Below, piece after piece: positions 18,701 through 27,436 of a stretch of 64,000 bases of DNA. The notes below the pieces were generated by a model that worked only from the letters and a program-made list of their open reading frames with translations, searched no databases and was not told the DNA's origin. Source of the stretch: Mycobacteriales bacterium. Its GTDB lineage: Bacteria; Actinomycetota; Actinomycetes; Mycobacteriales; JACQDL01. Each line of letters begins with the position of its first letter. Positions within the stretch are counted from its first letter, which is position 1. The stretch spans positions 49,149 through 113,148 of the forward strand of contig DATILL010000065.1 of assembly GCA_035476575.1 (NCBI GenBank). Reading direction: 5' to 3'. Position numbers and translations under genes: made by a program.

Positions 18701-21120
18701 CCAGCCATGTCGACCGCCTCGACGAGGCGGTGCGCGCGGTGCGGATCGTGTCGTCGACGTCCTTCACCTGGTTCGGCGTCCGGTCGCCCGCCCCACCGGC
18801 CCGGCTCCGGTCCATGTTTACCCCCGAGGTCGCTCGCGCCCACCTGCGCCTCGGCCTCCGTGACCGGCTTTACCAGGACTTTTACTGCGCGGGCACGGCA
18901 CGGCCCTCCCCGTCGCAAGACTGGCACGCCGGCCGGCCCAGTGACCGGATGGCCCTCGCGATGTCCCGCGCCAACGGCGGCCGCGGCACGTGGGAACCGG
19001 GCTGGGTGGTCCGCACCGTCGAAGAGGGGCTGTTCGCGGTGCGCCGCAACGGCCTGGAGCTGTGGGTACGGCCGCAGGACTGCCGCACCGACGCTGGGAC
19101 GCCGGCTTCCGGGCACGAGGTAGCGGTCCGCCTCCCCAAGGAGTCGTTCGAGCTGGCGCCCGGCTACTACTGCGCCCTCAGCGACGCGCCCTTTCCGTGG
19201 GATGGCGACGGCGTCCTGGTCCGGGTGTACCTCAACCTGCGACCCGACCAGGCGGTGCGTGGCGTCGGGGCGCTCACCGGCCGGCTCAACGCCGCTGACG
19301 TGCCGTACCGGTTGAAGGTGCTCAACGACGAGCAGAGCTACGCCCGGTGTGACACCGCGGTGCTCTACCTGCGGCAGCAGGATGTTGCCGTCGCCGTTGA
19401 GCCCCTTGCCCACGCCGTCAACGACCTCCGCGCGGCGTTGCGGCCGGCAGTGCCGGCGATGACCAAGGCGCTGGTGCCGGGGGTGGGGCTGGCCGAGGAC
19501 CCGGGATCCGCCGGTGACAGCTTCGGGCAGCACCGCTGCGCGCTGGTCGCCGACGGGTTGCTGCAGGCGCACGAGGTGGGCAGCAGGTCTCCGCGGGCCC
19601 AGTTGGAGGCAGTCCTGGACGTCTTCCGCGCCGCGGGCGTCGATCCGGAACGGCCTTACCTGAACCCCGGCTCGCTCGACCGCTACGCGCTTCCCGCCCA
19701 GCCCCGCCTCGCCATCCCTGGGTGGAGGCCGGTCCGCGCCGACGGTGCCGGGAGCCCCGACCTCCGGGTGGCCCCCTTGAGCGCTGTCGCGCTCATCGAC
19801 GTCGCGCGCCGGATCGGCTGCCGGCTGACCGCCGACGCCGTCTGGCACGAGGACCGCTGCACCTGGCTCGGGCCTGTTCCAGCGCTGGACGAGCATGGCG
19901 GGCCGGCGCTGGCGCACGGCACCATTGGCAGCGGGCTGTATGACGGCACCAGCGGCGTCGCTGTTTTCCTCGCCGCGCTCGCCGCCACGACGGGCGACCA
20001 GGATGCGGCCCGGACCGCGTCGGCCGCGGTCCGGCAGGCGCTGGGCGCCGCCGGGCACGGCCGCGACGCCCCTGGCCTGTACAACGGCACGGTGGGCGTG
20101 TGCCTCGCCGCCGCGGTCGTGGCCAGGCTCACCAGCGACGGCGCCCTGGCCACGGCTGCCCGAAAGCTCGTAGACGAAGCGCTGTCGCGCCAGCAGGAGG
20201 CGTTCGGGTTCGACGTCCTGTCCGGCTTGGCCGGTGCGGTCGCGGGCGTGCTGACGCTCTCGGCGCTGCTTGCGGACAGCAGCCTGGTCGAGGACGCGGT
20301 CCGGCTCGGAGAGGCGCTGGTCGGCGCCGCCGTTCGCGCTGACGAGGGCTGGTCGTGGCGGCCCGGGACCGGGTTGCGCCATCCCGATCTGACCGGCCTG
20401 TCGCACGGTGCCGCTGGCGCGGGCTACGCGTTGCTGGAGCTCTTCCGGGTCACTGGCGACAGCCGGTGGGCGTCGGCGGGCCGGGAGGCTTTCCGGTACG
20501 AGCGGGCCTGGTTCTCGCCGGACGCGGGCAACTGGCCGGACTTTCGCGACGAGAAGGGGCGGCCGTCGCGGCGGCGCCCCTTGGCGTTCCGCACCCAGTG
20601 GTGCCACGGCGCACCAGGGATCGCCCTCACCCGGCTCAGGGCCGCCGAGCTCCTGGGCGACACAGCGCTGGGCGAGGAGGCGGTCGTGGCGCTGTCAACC
20701 ACCATCGAGAACACTCGGGCGGCCCTGCTCGATGGGACTTTGGGCTTCAGCCTGTGCCACGGGCTGGCCGGCAACGCGGACGTGCTGCTCGACGGCCTGC
20801 CGCTGGCGGAGGAGCGGGACCTTCCCGCCCGGGCGTTGGTGGCGGAGATTGCCGCGGCCGGACATGCCCGGCACGCCGTCGGCGAGCAGCCGTGGCCCTG
20901 CGGGCTGTCTACGCACGGAGGCGAGAGCCCCGGCCTCATGCTTGGGCTCGCGGGTATCGGCTACCACTACCTCCGCCTCGCCTGTCCCGACGTCGTCCCG
21001 TCCGTGCTGCTGCTGCGGCCGGAGCGCACGGCCGAAGGCATCGCCGCGCTCGCGGGCGAGCGGGCCAGCCGCGCTGCCACCACCAGCCGCGCTGCCACCA
21101 CCAGCCTTGCGGGCACGTAA
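18697..21120 (+). CDS. Fusion protein: about 400-aa N-terminal domain (candidate HopA1-like phospho-Ser/Thr lyase) plus a C-terminal LanC-like cyclase
   Basis: The GTG start overlaps the kinase stop (GTGA). The C-terminal half has the LanC signatures GLSHGAAGAGYALLELF, TQWCHGAPGIALTRL and FSLCHGLAGNADVLL, so the Zn ligands are present. The N-terminal assignment is inferred from three-component (class V) systems and was not recognised directly. Confidence 0.7.
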   Translation: MTSHVDRLDEAVRAVRIVSSTSFTWFGVRSPAPPARLRSMFTPEVARAHLRLGLRDRLYQDFYCAGTARPSPSQDWHAGRPSDRMALAMSRANGGRGTWEPGWVVRTVEEGLFAVRRNGLELWVRPQDCRTDAGTPASGHEVAVRLPKESFELAPGYYCALSDAPFPWDGDGVLVRVYLNLRPDQAVRGVGALTGRLNAADVPYRLKVLNDEQSYARCDTAVLYLRQQDVAVAVEPLAHAVNDLRAALRPAVPAMTKALVPGVGLAEDPGSAGDSFGQHRCALVADGLLQAHEVGSRSPRAQLEAVLDVFRAAGVDPERPYLNPGSLDRYALPAQPRLAIPGWRPVRADGAGSPDLRVAPLSAVALIDVARRIGCRLTADAVWHEDRCTWLGPVPALDEHGGPALAHGTIGSGLYDGTSGVAVFLAALAATTGDQDAARTASAAVRQALGAAGHGRDAPGLYNGTVGVCLAAAVVARLTSDGALATAARKLVDEALSRQQEAFGFDVLSGLAGAVAGVLTLSALLADSSLVEDAVRLGEALVGAAVRADEGWSWRPGTGLRHPDLTGLSHGAAGAGYALLELFRVTGDSRWASAGREAFRYERAWFSPDAGNWPDFRDEKGRPSRRRPLAFRTQWCHGAPGIALTRLRAAELLGDTALGEEAVVALSTTIENTRAALLDGTLGFSLCHGLAGNADVLLDGLPLAEERDLPARALVAEIAAAGHARHAVGEQPWPCGLSTHGGESPGLMLGLAGIGYHYLRLACPDVVPSVLLLRPERTAEGIAALAGERASRAATTSRAATTSLAGT

Positions 21121-21166
21121 CCAGCCGCCTCGGCGGCACCCGTCTAGCATCACCTTGGGGAGCGTC

Positions 21167-22609
21167 ATGTACAGCGAGGTCCTAGCCGGGGCACTGCCCA
21201 CCACCCACCGCGCGATGGTGATCGTCCGGCTCCGTGCGGGGTCGGCGGCAGGCCAGGCCGCCGCGGAGGCCGAGCCTACGGGCGGCCTGTCCATCCTCGA
21301 TGAGCTCGACCGGGCCGGCCGGGTGAGGGCGGTCCTGCCGTTGACCCCCGCCGCGGCAGGGCCGGAGGGCGCCGGCGGTGCGATCGCCGCGCTGTCCACC
21401 ACTGCGCAGCAGGGGGACCTGGGCGCGGCGAGCATCATCCGCCTCACCGACGACGAGGACGTGGCCCGGCTGCTTCCGGCCCTCAACGACCACCGCGACG
21501 TTGAGTACGCCAGCCGCGTCCCGGCCCGCTGGTTCGCCTCCGCGACACCGCCGGCTCAGGCCGTCGAGCACCGGATCGCCGGCCTGGAGTCCCGCATCGC
21601 GGGCCTTGAGGCAGCCCCCCAGCCTTCTCCGGTGTGGAACCTACAGAAGGTCCTGTGGGACCAGGCGGTCCGCGAGCTCGGGACCGAGGAGGTCGGGAAC
21701 GTGCGCGTCGGCGTCCTCGACACCGGCGTCGACGACCAGCACCCTGACCTGGCCGACCGGCTGGCCCGCTACGTCCACGCTGGCCCGTCCACCTCCGGGC
21801 AGGTGGTGTCCGACCAGGACGTCGTCGGGCACGGCACGCACGTCGCCGGCACCATCGCCGCCCGGTTCAACCAGGCGATCGGGACACGCGGGATCTGCGC
21901 CACCCGGCTGTCAGTATGGAAGATCTTCGACGATGTCCCCGACTACATCGAGACACGGGGCGTGTACTGGTATCTCGTTGACCCGGTCCTGTACCGGCGG
22001 GCGCTCGCCGACTGCGCCGAGCAGGTCGACGTCGTCAACCTCAGCATTGGCGGCACCGAGCCGCCCGACCCGCAGGAGAGTGCGCTGTTCCGCGTGCTCG
22101 GCGAGCGCGGTGTCACGGTCGTGGCGGCGATGGGCAACGAGCGCGGCCTGGGCAGCCCGACGTCGTACCCGGCCGCCATCCCGGGTGTGGTCGCCGTCGG
22201 GGCCACCGCGCCCGACGACAGCGTGGCCTCCTTCTCCAACGCCGGCGACTACATCAGCGTGTCCGCGCCTGGGGTCGCTATCTGGTCCACGGTGCCCCAC
22301 TATCCTGGGCAGGTCGGGTTCCATGCCGACGTCCGCGCCGACGGCCAGCCCGAGCGCGGCGCGCCGGTGCCGCGCGAGGTGAACTACGCGGCATTGAGCG
22401 GTACGTCCATGTCCGCGCCGCATGTGACGGCGGCGACCACCCTCCTGCTGGCGAGCAGCCGCCAGAAGCGCGATCCGGAGTCGGTCCGCTACCTGCTCAT
22501 GGCCAGTGCTGATCATGTGGGGAGCATGCAGGGCCAGGTGTGGAACCGGGACATCGGCGCTGGTCGGCTCAACCTGCGCCGGCTGATCCTCGCCGGCCGG
22601 CACCTGTAG
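21167..22609 (+). CDS. Subtilisin-like S8 serine protease (candidate leader peptidase)
   Basis: The catalytic triad motifs VGVLDTGVDDQHPDL, GHGTHVAGTIAA and SGTSMSAPHVTAA are present. ATG 21167 follows GGGGAG. Confidence 0.85.
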   Translation: MYSEVLAGALPTTHRAMVIVRLRAGSAAGQAAAEAEPTGGLSILDELDRAGRVRAVLPLTPAAAGPEGAGGAIAALSTTAQQGDLGAASIIRLTDDEDVARLLPALNDHRDVEYASRVPARWFASATPPAQAVEHRIAGLESRIAGLEAAPQPSPVWNLQKVLWDQAVRELGTEEVGNVRVGVLDTGVDDQHPDLADRLARYVHAGPSTSGQVVSDQDVVGHGTHVAGTIAARFNQAIGTRGICATRLSVWKIFDDVPDYIETRGVYWYLVDPVLYRRALADCAEQVDVVNLSIGGTEPPDPQESALFRVLGERGVTVVAAMGNERGLGSPTSYPAAIPGVVAVGATAPDDSVASFSNAGDYISVSAPGVAIWSTVPHYPGQVGFHADVRADGQPERGAPVPREVNYAALSGTSMSAPHVTAATTLLLASSRQKRDPESVRYLLMASADHVGSMQGQVWNRDIGAGRLNLRRLILAGRHL

Positions 22610-22616
22610 CACCGGC

Positions 22617-22874
22617 ATGGCAGCGCCAGTTGTCGCGTTCACCATCGCGGCGGATGTCCCCGCGGAGGCGCAGGGTGCGGTGATCGCGGCGGTCAGGTCC
22701 GTTGACGGGGTGGTGGACGCCTACCGCCTCTCCCCGGAGTCGAGCATTCCGGAGGTACGGCGCATGTGCGCCGCGGCCCTCGCCAACGGTGCCGATCCGC
22801 GCGCGGTGGCCGCACGCGTGCGGGGCGTCCCCGGCGTCGAAAGCGCCGACGTGCCGCCTGCCCGCGGGATCTGA
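22617..22874 (+). CDS. Hypothetical 85-aa protein at the end of the lanthipeptide island
   Basis: The ORF has GC-biased third positions. It starts 8 nt after the protease stop. No motif was recognised. Confidence 0.4.
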   Translation: MAAPVVAFTIAADVPAEAQGAVIAAVRSVDGVVDAYRLSPESSIPEVRRMCAAALANGADPRAVAARVRGVPGVESADVPPARGI

Positions 22875-22920
22875 CCTGTGGACAACCGGCCTTGCTGGCC
22901 GGGCGGATACCGTGGCAGCC

Positions 22921-24018
22921 ATGCCTGCCACCCACATCGCCCGGCGGGACCGGCTGCGGGAGATCCTCCGCGAACGCGGGCTGGACGCCGCCCTGGTCAC
23001 CAACCTGGTCAACGTCCGCTACCTCACCGGTTTCACCGGCACCAACGCCGCCCTCCTGGTGTACGCCGACGGCCCGGGCGCCGACCCGGGCGTGTTCGGC
23101 ACCGACGGCCGGTATGACGCCCAGTCGGCCGAGCAGGTGCCGGAGCTGCCCCGGGTGCTCCAGCGGGCCACCGACCAGGCCATGGCCGCCCGAGCCGCCG
23201 CCGACGGCCACCACACGGTCGGCTACGAGTCGCACCACGTCACCGTGGACGGCCTCGCCGAGCTGCGGGCCGCCGCCGAGCAGCTCCGGCTCGCCACCCT
23301 CAACCAAGCGGTCGAGCAGCTCCGGCTGACCAAGGACAACGCCGAGATCGAGCTGCTCCGGCGGGCCTGCGCGATCGCCGACCAGGCCCTGGCCGGGCTC
23401 ATCGAGGCCGGCGGGCTGCGGCCCGGCCGGACGGAGCGCCAGGTCGGCCGCGACCTGGACGGCCGGATGCTGGACCTCGGCGCGCACGCCGTCAGCTTCG
23501 AGACGATCGTGGCCACCGGGCCGAGCTCCGCCATCCCGCACCACCGCCCGGACGACCGTGAGCTGGCCGCGGGCGACCTCGTCAAGCTGGACTTCGGCGC
23601 GCAGTACGGTGGCTACCACTCCGACATGACCCGCACGATGGTCCTCGGCGAGCCGGCCGGCTGGCAGCGCGAGATCTACGAGCTGGTGGCCGCGGCGCAG
23701 CGGGCCGGCAGCGCCGCCGTGGCCGTCGGTGCGGACGTGCGGGAGGTGGACCGGGCCGCCCGCGAGGTGATCGAGCGGGCCGGGTACGGCGAGCGGTTCA
23801 GCCACGGGCTGGGGCACGGGGTGGGGCTGGAGATCCACGAGGCACCGGCGTTGTCCCCTCTCGGCGCCGGTACACTCGCCGAGGCGACGCCGCTCACCGT
23901 CGAGCCCGGTGTGTACCTGCCCGGCCGCGGCGGCGTCCGCATTGAGGACACGCTCGTGGTCCGCGCCGACGGGCCCGAGCTGCTCACCCTCACCACCAAG
24001 GATCTCGTCAGCCTGTAA
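22921..24018 (+). CDS. pepP: Xaa-Pro aminopeptidase (M24 family)
   Basis: The protein starts MPATHIARRDRLREIL. The metal-ligand block SHGLGHGVGLEIHEAP is present. It sits in conserved synteny with efp and nusB. Confidence 0.85.
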   Translation: MPATHIARRDRLREILRERGLDAALVTNLVNVRYLTGFTGTNAALLVYADGPGADPGVFGTDGRYDAQSAEQVPELPRVLQRATDQAMAARAAADGHHTVGYESHHVTVDGLAELRAAAEQLRLATLNQAVEQLRLTKDNAEIELLRRACAIADQALAGLIEAGGLRPGRTERQVGRDLDGRMLDLGAHAVSFETIVATGPSSAIPHHRPDDRELAAGDLVKLDFGAQYGGYHSDMTRTMVLGEPAGWQREIYELVAAAQRAGSAAVAVGADVREVDRAAREVIERAGYGERFSHGLGHGVGLEIHEAPALSPLGAGTLAEATPLTVEPGVYLPGRGGVRIEDTLVVRADGPELLTLTTKDLVSL

Positions 24019-24033
24019 CAGCGAAGGACACCC

Positions 24034-24597
24034 GTGGCCACCACGAACGACCTGAAGAACGGCCTGGTGCTCAACCTCGACGGCAACCTGTGGTCCGTCG
24101 TGGGGTTCCAGCACGTCAAGCCCGGCAAGGGCGGCGCCTTCGTCCGGACCACCCTGAAGAACGTGCTGACCGGCAAGGTCGTGGACCGCACCTTCAACGC
24201 CGGGGTCAAGGTCGACACCGCCACCGTGGACAAGCGCAACATGACGTACCTGTACCGCGAGGGTACCGACTTCGTGCTCATGGACGCCGAGACCTATGAC
24301 CAGATCCACGTCCCGGTCGAGACGGTGGGCACCGCGGCCGACTACCTGCTGGAGAACGCCGACGCCGTGGTCGGCCTGCACGAGGGTGTCCCGCTCTACG
24401 TCGAGCTGCCCACCAGCGTGGAGCTGGTCGTCGAGTACACCGAGCCCGGCCTGCAGGGTGACCGGTCCACCGGCGGCACCAAGCCGGCCCGGCTGGAGAC
24501 CGGCGCGGAGATCGCCGTCCCGCTGTTCATCACCACCGGCGAGAAGGTGAAGGTCGACACCCGCGATGGCCGCTATCTCGGCCGTATCTCGCAGTGA
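24034..24597 (+). CDS. efp: Elongation factor P
   Basis: [33 protein letters not shown]; 187 aa. Confidence 0.95.
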   Translation: MATTNDLKNGLVLNLDGNLWSVVGFQHVKPGKGGAFVRTTLKNVLTGKVVDRTFNAGVKVDTATVDKRNMTYLYREGTDFVLMDAETYDQIHVPVETVGTAADYLLENADAVVGLHEGVPLYVELPTSVELVVEYTEPGLQGDRSTGGTKPARLETGAEIAVPLFITTGEKVKVDTRDGRYLGRISQ

Positions 24598-25001
24598 CGG
24601 CGCGGAGCACGGCACGCAAACGGGCGCTGGACGTCCTGTACGAGACCGACCTGCGCGGCACCAGCGCGGTGGACACGGTAGCCGAGCGGATCGCCGTCGC
24701 CGACCCGCCGGTGCCGGAGTACGCCGTGACCCTGGTCGAGGGCGTCGCCGGCCACCGGGCCCGCATCGACGAGATCATCGCGTCCTACGCTGAGGGCTGG
24801 ACGATCGACCGGATGCCCACGGTGGACCGCAACATCCTGCGGATCGGGGTGTACGAGCTGCTCTGGTGCGACGACGTGCCGGACGCGGTGGCCGTGGACG
24901 AGGCAATCGAGCTGGCCAAGGCGCTGTCCACCGGCGACTCGCCCCGGTTTGTCAACGGCCTGCTCGGTCGCATCATCCGTAGTCGCCCGGTGGTCAGCTA
25001 G
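24594..25001 (+). CDS. nusB: Transcription antitermination factor NusB
   Basis: 135-aa ORF with [10 protein letters not shown] and [20 protein letters not shown] motifs. Its start overlaps the efp stop. Confidence 0.9.
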   Translation: MTARSTARKRALDVLYETDLRGTSAVDTVAERIAVADPPVPEYAVTLVEGVAGHRARIDEIIASYAEGWTIDRMPTVDRNILRIGVYELLWCDDVPDAVAVDEAIELAKALSTGDSPRFVNGLLGRIIRSRPVVS

Positions 25002-25010
25002 CCCTCCCAG

Positions 25011-25080
25011 CTCCGACGATCATCGACCTGTGGTCGCTTGTTGATCTCCAGCCGCGACCACAGCTCGATGATCGTCGGAG
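25011..25080. repeat. Dispersed hairpin element, copy A (70 nt)
   Basis: CTCCGACGATCATCGAcCTGTGGTCGC-ttGTTGATCTCCAgcc-GCGACCACAGcTCGATGATCGTCGGAG. The 27-bp arms have one mismatch. It lies in the intergenic region between nusB and bldD. Confidence 0.85.
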
Positions 25081-25135
25081 AGGGGCGCGGCGGAGAGGGG
25101 CGCGGTCAGGCCGGAGGGCAGCTACCGGAGGGCAG

Positions 25136-25636
25136 CTAGGAGAGGCTGTCGCTGCCGACGGTCCGGGCGTCGGGGGAGAGCACCCCCCACTCGATCAGCC
25201 GGTCGGTCAGCTCGCCGGCCGACTGGTCGTAGATGATCGCCAGCGAGCGCAGGTCCTCGGCCCGGATGGACAGCACCTTCCCGTTGTAGTCGCCGCGCTG
25301 GCTCTGGATGGCGGCCGCGTAGCGGGCCAGCGGGCCGACCTGCTCGGCCGGCAGCCGGCCCAGGGTCTCCAGGTCGAGCACGATCCGGGTGGCTGGCTCG
25401 CCCCCGGCCGGTGGCCGGCCCTCGGGCAGCAGCTCGCTGACCGGCACGCCGTAGAACTCGGCGAGCTCGGCCAGCTTCTGGACGGTGACCGCGCGGTCGC
25501 CCCGTTCGTAGGATCCGACGACGACCGCCTTCCACCGGCCCTGAGATTTCTTCTCCACGCCGTGCAAGGACAGTCCCTGCTGGGTGCGGATCGCCCGTAG
25601 GCGCGCGCCTAGGGCCTTGGCGTAGTCGCTCGTCAT
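25136..25636 (-). CDS. bldD: Developmental master regulator BldD (XRE-type HTH, c-di-GMP-binding C-terminal domain)
   Basis: The N-terminus MTSDYAKALGARLRAIRTQQGLSLHGVEKKSQGRWKAVVVGSYERGDRAVTV closely matches Streptomyces BldD. The bipartite RGD-x8-RAED motif (QRGDYNGKVLSIRAED) is present. Confidence 0.9.
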   Translation of the reverse strand: MTSDYAKALGARLRAIRTQQGLSLHGVEKKSQGRWKAVVVGSYERGDRAVTVQKLAELAEFYGVPVSELLPEGRPPAGGEPATRIVLDLETLGRLPAEQVGPLARYAAAIQSQRGDYNGKVLSIRAEDLRSLAIIYDQSAGELTDRLIEWGVLSPDARTVGSDSLS

Positions 25637-25825
25637 GTAGCTCGCTCCGTTGCTCCCGTGTCCGGCCCAGGGCCGGTGCTGACCCCATCAGTCACCGGGT
25701 TTGTGTAGGTGACTACAGAGAGTAACCGTATACAGAGAGTGAACTCCAGGTCAAGCAAAACCACCCAACTTGGGTAGTGGCGTTGCCCGAAGGCGCATCT
25801 TGCTACCGTAGTGCCCGCGAAAGAC

Positions 25826-25861
25826 GTCCTTTAAGCCCGTCCCGTGAGGCGGGGAAGGGAG
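25826..25861 (+). promoter_or_regulatory. Candidate PyrR-binding RNA hairpin overlapping the pyrR ribosome-binding site
   Basis: The sequence is GUCCUUUAAGCCCGUCCCGUGAGGCGGGGAAGGGAG. Outer pairing is CCUUU/AAGGG and inner pairing is CCCG/CGGG. The loop UCCCGUGAGG resembles the UCC.G.GAGG PyrR loop. The 3' arm contains the RBS, 8 nt before ATG 25869. Confidence 0.55.
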
Positions 25862-25868
25862 TCACAAT

Positions 25869-26507
25869 ATGACACTGCCGCCGTACGCCGCAGCAAATCG
25901 GCATGACCCAGCGGCGCGGACGCTACTCGATGCATCCGGCCTGGCGCGTGTCGTCGACCGGATCGCGCACCAGGTCCTGGAGAAGACCGAAGGTGCCGGC
26001 GACACGGTCCTGCTCGGGGTCCCGACCCGCGGCGTCCCGCTGGCCGGCCGGCTCGCTGCCCGGATCGCGGCGTTCGAGGGCCTGGCCATCCCGACCGGCT
26101 CGCTCGACATCACCCTGTACCGCGACGACCTGCGGCTGCGCGGGGTCCGGGCGCTGGAGGAGACCGCGGTGCCGCCCGGCGGCGTCGACGGCAAGCTGGT
26201 CGTGCTGGTCGACGACGTGCTCTGCTCCGGCCGCACCGTGCGGGCCGCGCTGGACGCGCTGCGGGACCTGGGGCGGCCACGGGCGGTGCAGCTCGCCGTG
26301 CTGGTCGATCGGGGCCACCGGGAGCTGCCGATCCGGGCCGACTACGTCGGCAAGAACGTTCCCACCGCCACCTACGAGAAGGTCTGGGTCCGGCTGTCCG
26401 AGGTGGACGGCGCCGACGCCGTGCTGATCGGGTCCATCAGACCTGCCGGTCCGGCCAGGTCGGCTAGGCCGGCCAGGCCGGCTAGGCCCGACGGAGAGAC
26501 CAGGTGA
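25869..26507 (+). CDS. pyrR: Bifunctional pyrimidine operon regulator / uracil phosphoribosyltransferase PyrR
   Basis: The PRTase motif [13 protein letters not shown] is present. The C-terminal tail contains an ARPARPARP repeat from a 2 x 18-bp tandem duplication at 26461-26496. Confidence 0.9.
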   Translation: MTLPPYAAANRHDPAARTLLDASGLARVVDRIAHQVLEKTEGAGDTVLLGVPTRGVPLAGRLAARIAAFEGLAIPTGSLDITLYRDDLRLRGVRALEETAVPPGGVDGKLVVLVDDVLCSGRTVRAALDALRDLGRPRAVQLAVLVDRGHRELPIRADYVGKNVPTATYEKVWVRLSEVDGADAVLIGSIRPAGPARSARPARPARPDGETR

Positions 26508-27436
26508 ACCGGCACCTGCTCTCCGCCGCGGACCTGTCCCGGGCCGACGCCCTGCTGGTGCTCGACACCGCGGAGCAGATGGACCACGCGCTGGCCGGCC
26601 GCGAGGTGAAGAAGCTGCCGACGCTGCGCGGCCGGACCGTGGTCAACCTCTTCCTGGAGGACTCCACCCGTACCCGCACCTCCTTCGAGCTGGCCGCCAA
26701 GCGGCTGTCCGCGGACGTCATCAACTTCTCCACCAAGGGCTCCAGCGTCTCCAAGGGCGAGTCGCTGAAGGACACGGCGCTGACCCTGGAGGCGATGGGT
26801 GCGGACGCGGTGGTGATCCGGCACGGGCTGTCCGGTGCGCCACACCGGCTGGCGGGCTGGGTGGCCGGCAGCGTGCTGAACGCCGGGGACGGCACCCACG
26901 AGCACCCCACCCAGGCGCTGCTGGACGCGTTCACCATGCGCCGGCGGCTCGGCCGTATGGACGGCCTGCGGGTAGCCATCGTCGGTGACGTGCTGCACTC
27001 CCGGGTGGCCCGGTCCAACGTGCTGCTGCTGGCCACGCTGGGCGCCGAGGTGACCCTGGTGGCGCCACCTACGCTGCTCCCGGTCGGGGTGGAGGCCTGG
27101 TCGGCCAGCGTCTCCTACGAGCTGGACGCCGTGTTGCCCAAGGTGGATGTGTGCATGATGCTGCGGGTGCAGCGGGAGCGGATGAGCTCCTCGTACTTTC
27201 CCAGCGCGCGCGAGTACAGCCGGCGGTACGGGCTCGACGCACACCGGATGGCGCTGCTGCCCGAGCACGCCGTGGTGATGCACCCCGGTCCGATGAACCG
27301 CGGCATGGAGATCGCCGCCGAGGTCGCCGACCACCTGACCCGGTCCACCGTTGTCGAGCAGGTCAGCAACGGCGTGAGCGTCCGGATGGCCGTCCTCTAC
27401 CTGCTGCTGGCCGGACGGTCGGAGGAGCTGGCATGA
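26504..27436 (+). CDS. pyrB: Aspartate carbamoyltransferase catalytic subunit
   Basis: [17 protein letters not shown] and HPGPMNRG motifs are present. The GTG start overlaps the pyrR stop. Confidence 0.95.
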   Translation: MNRHLLSAADLSRADALLVLDTAEQMDHALAGREVKKLPTLRGRTVVNLFLEDSTRTRTSFELAAKRLSADVINFSTKGSSVSKGESLKDTALTLEAMGADAVVIRHGLSGAPHRLAGWVAGSVLNAGDGTHEHPTQALLDAFTMRRRLGRMDGLRVAIVGDVLHSRVARSNVLLLATLGAEVTLVAPPTLLPVGVEAWSASVSYELDAVLPKVDVCMMLRVQRERMSSSYFPSAREYSRRYGLDAHRMALLPEHAVVMHPGPMNRGMEIAAEVADHLTRSTVVEQVSNGVSVRMAVLYLLLAGRSEELA

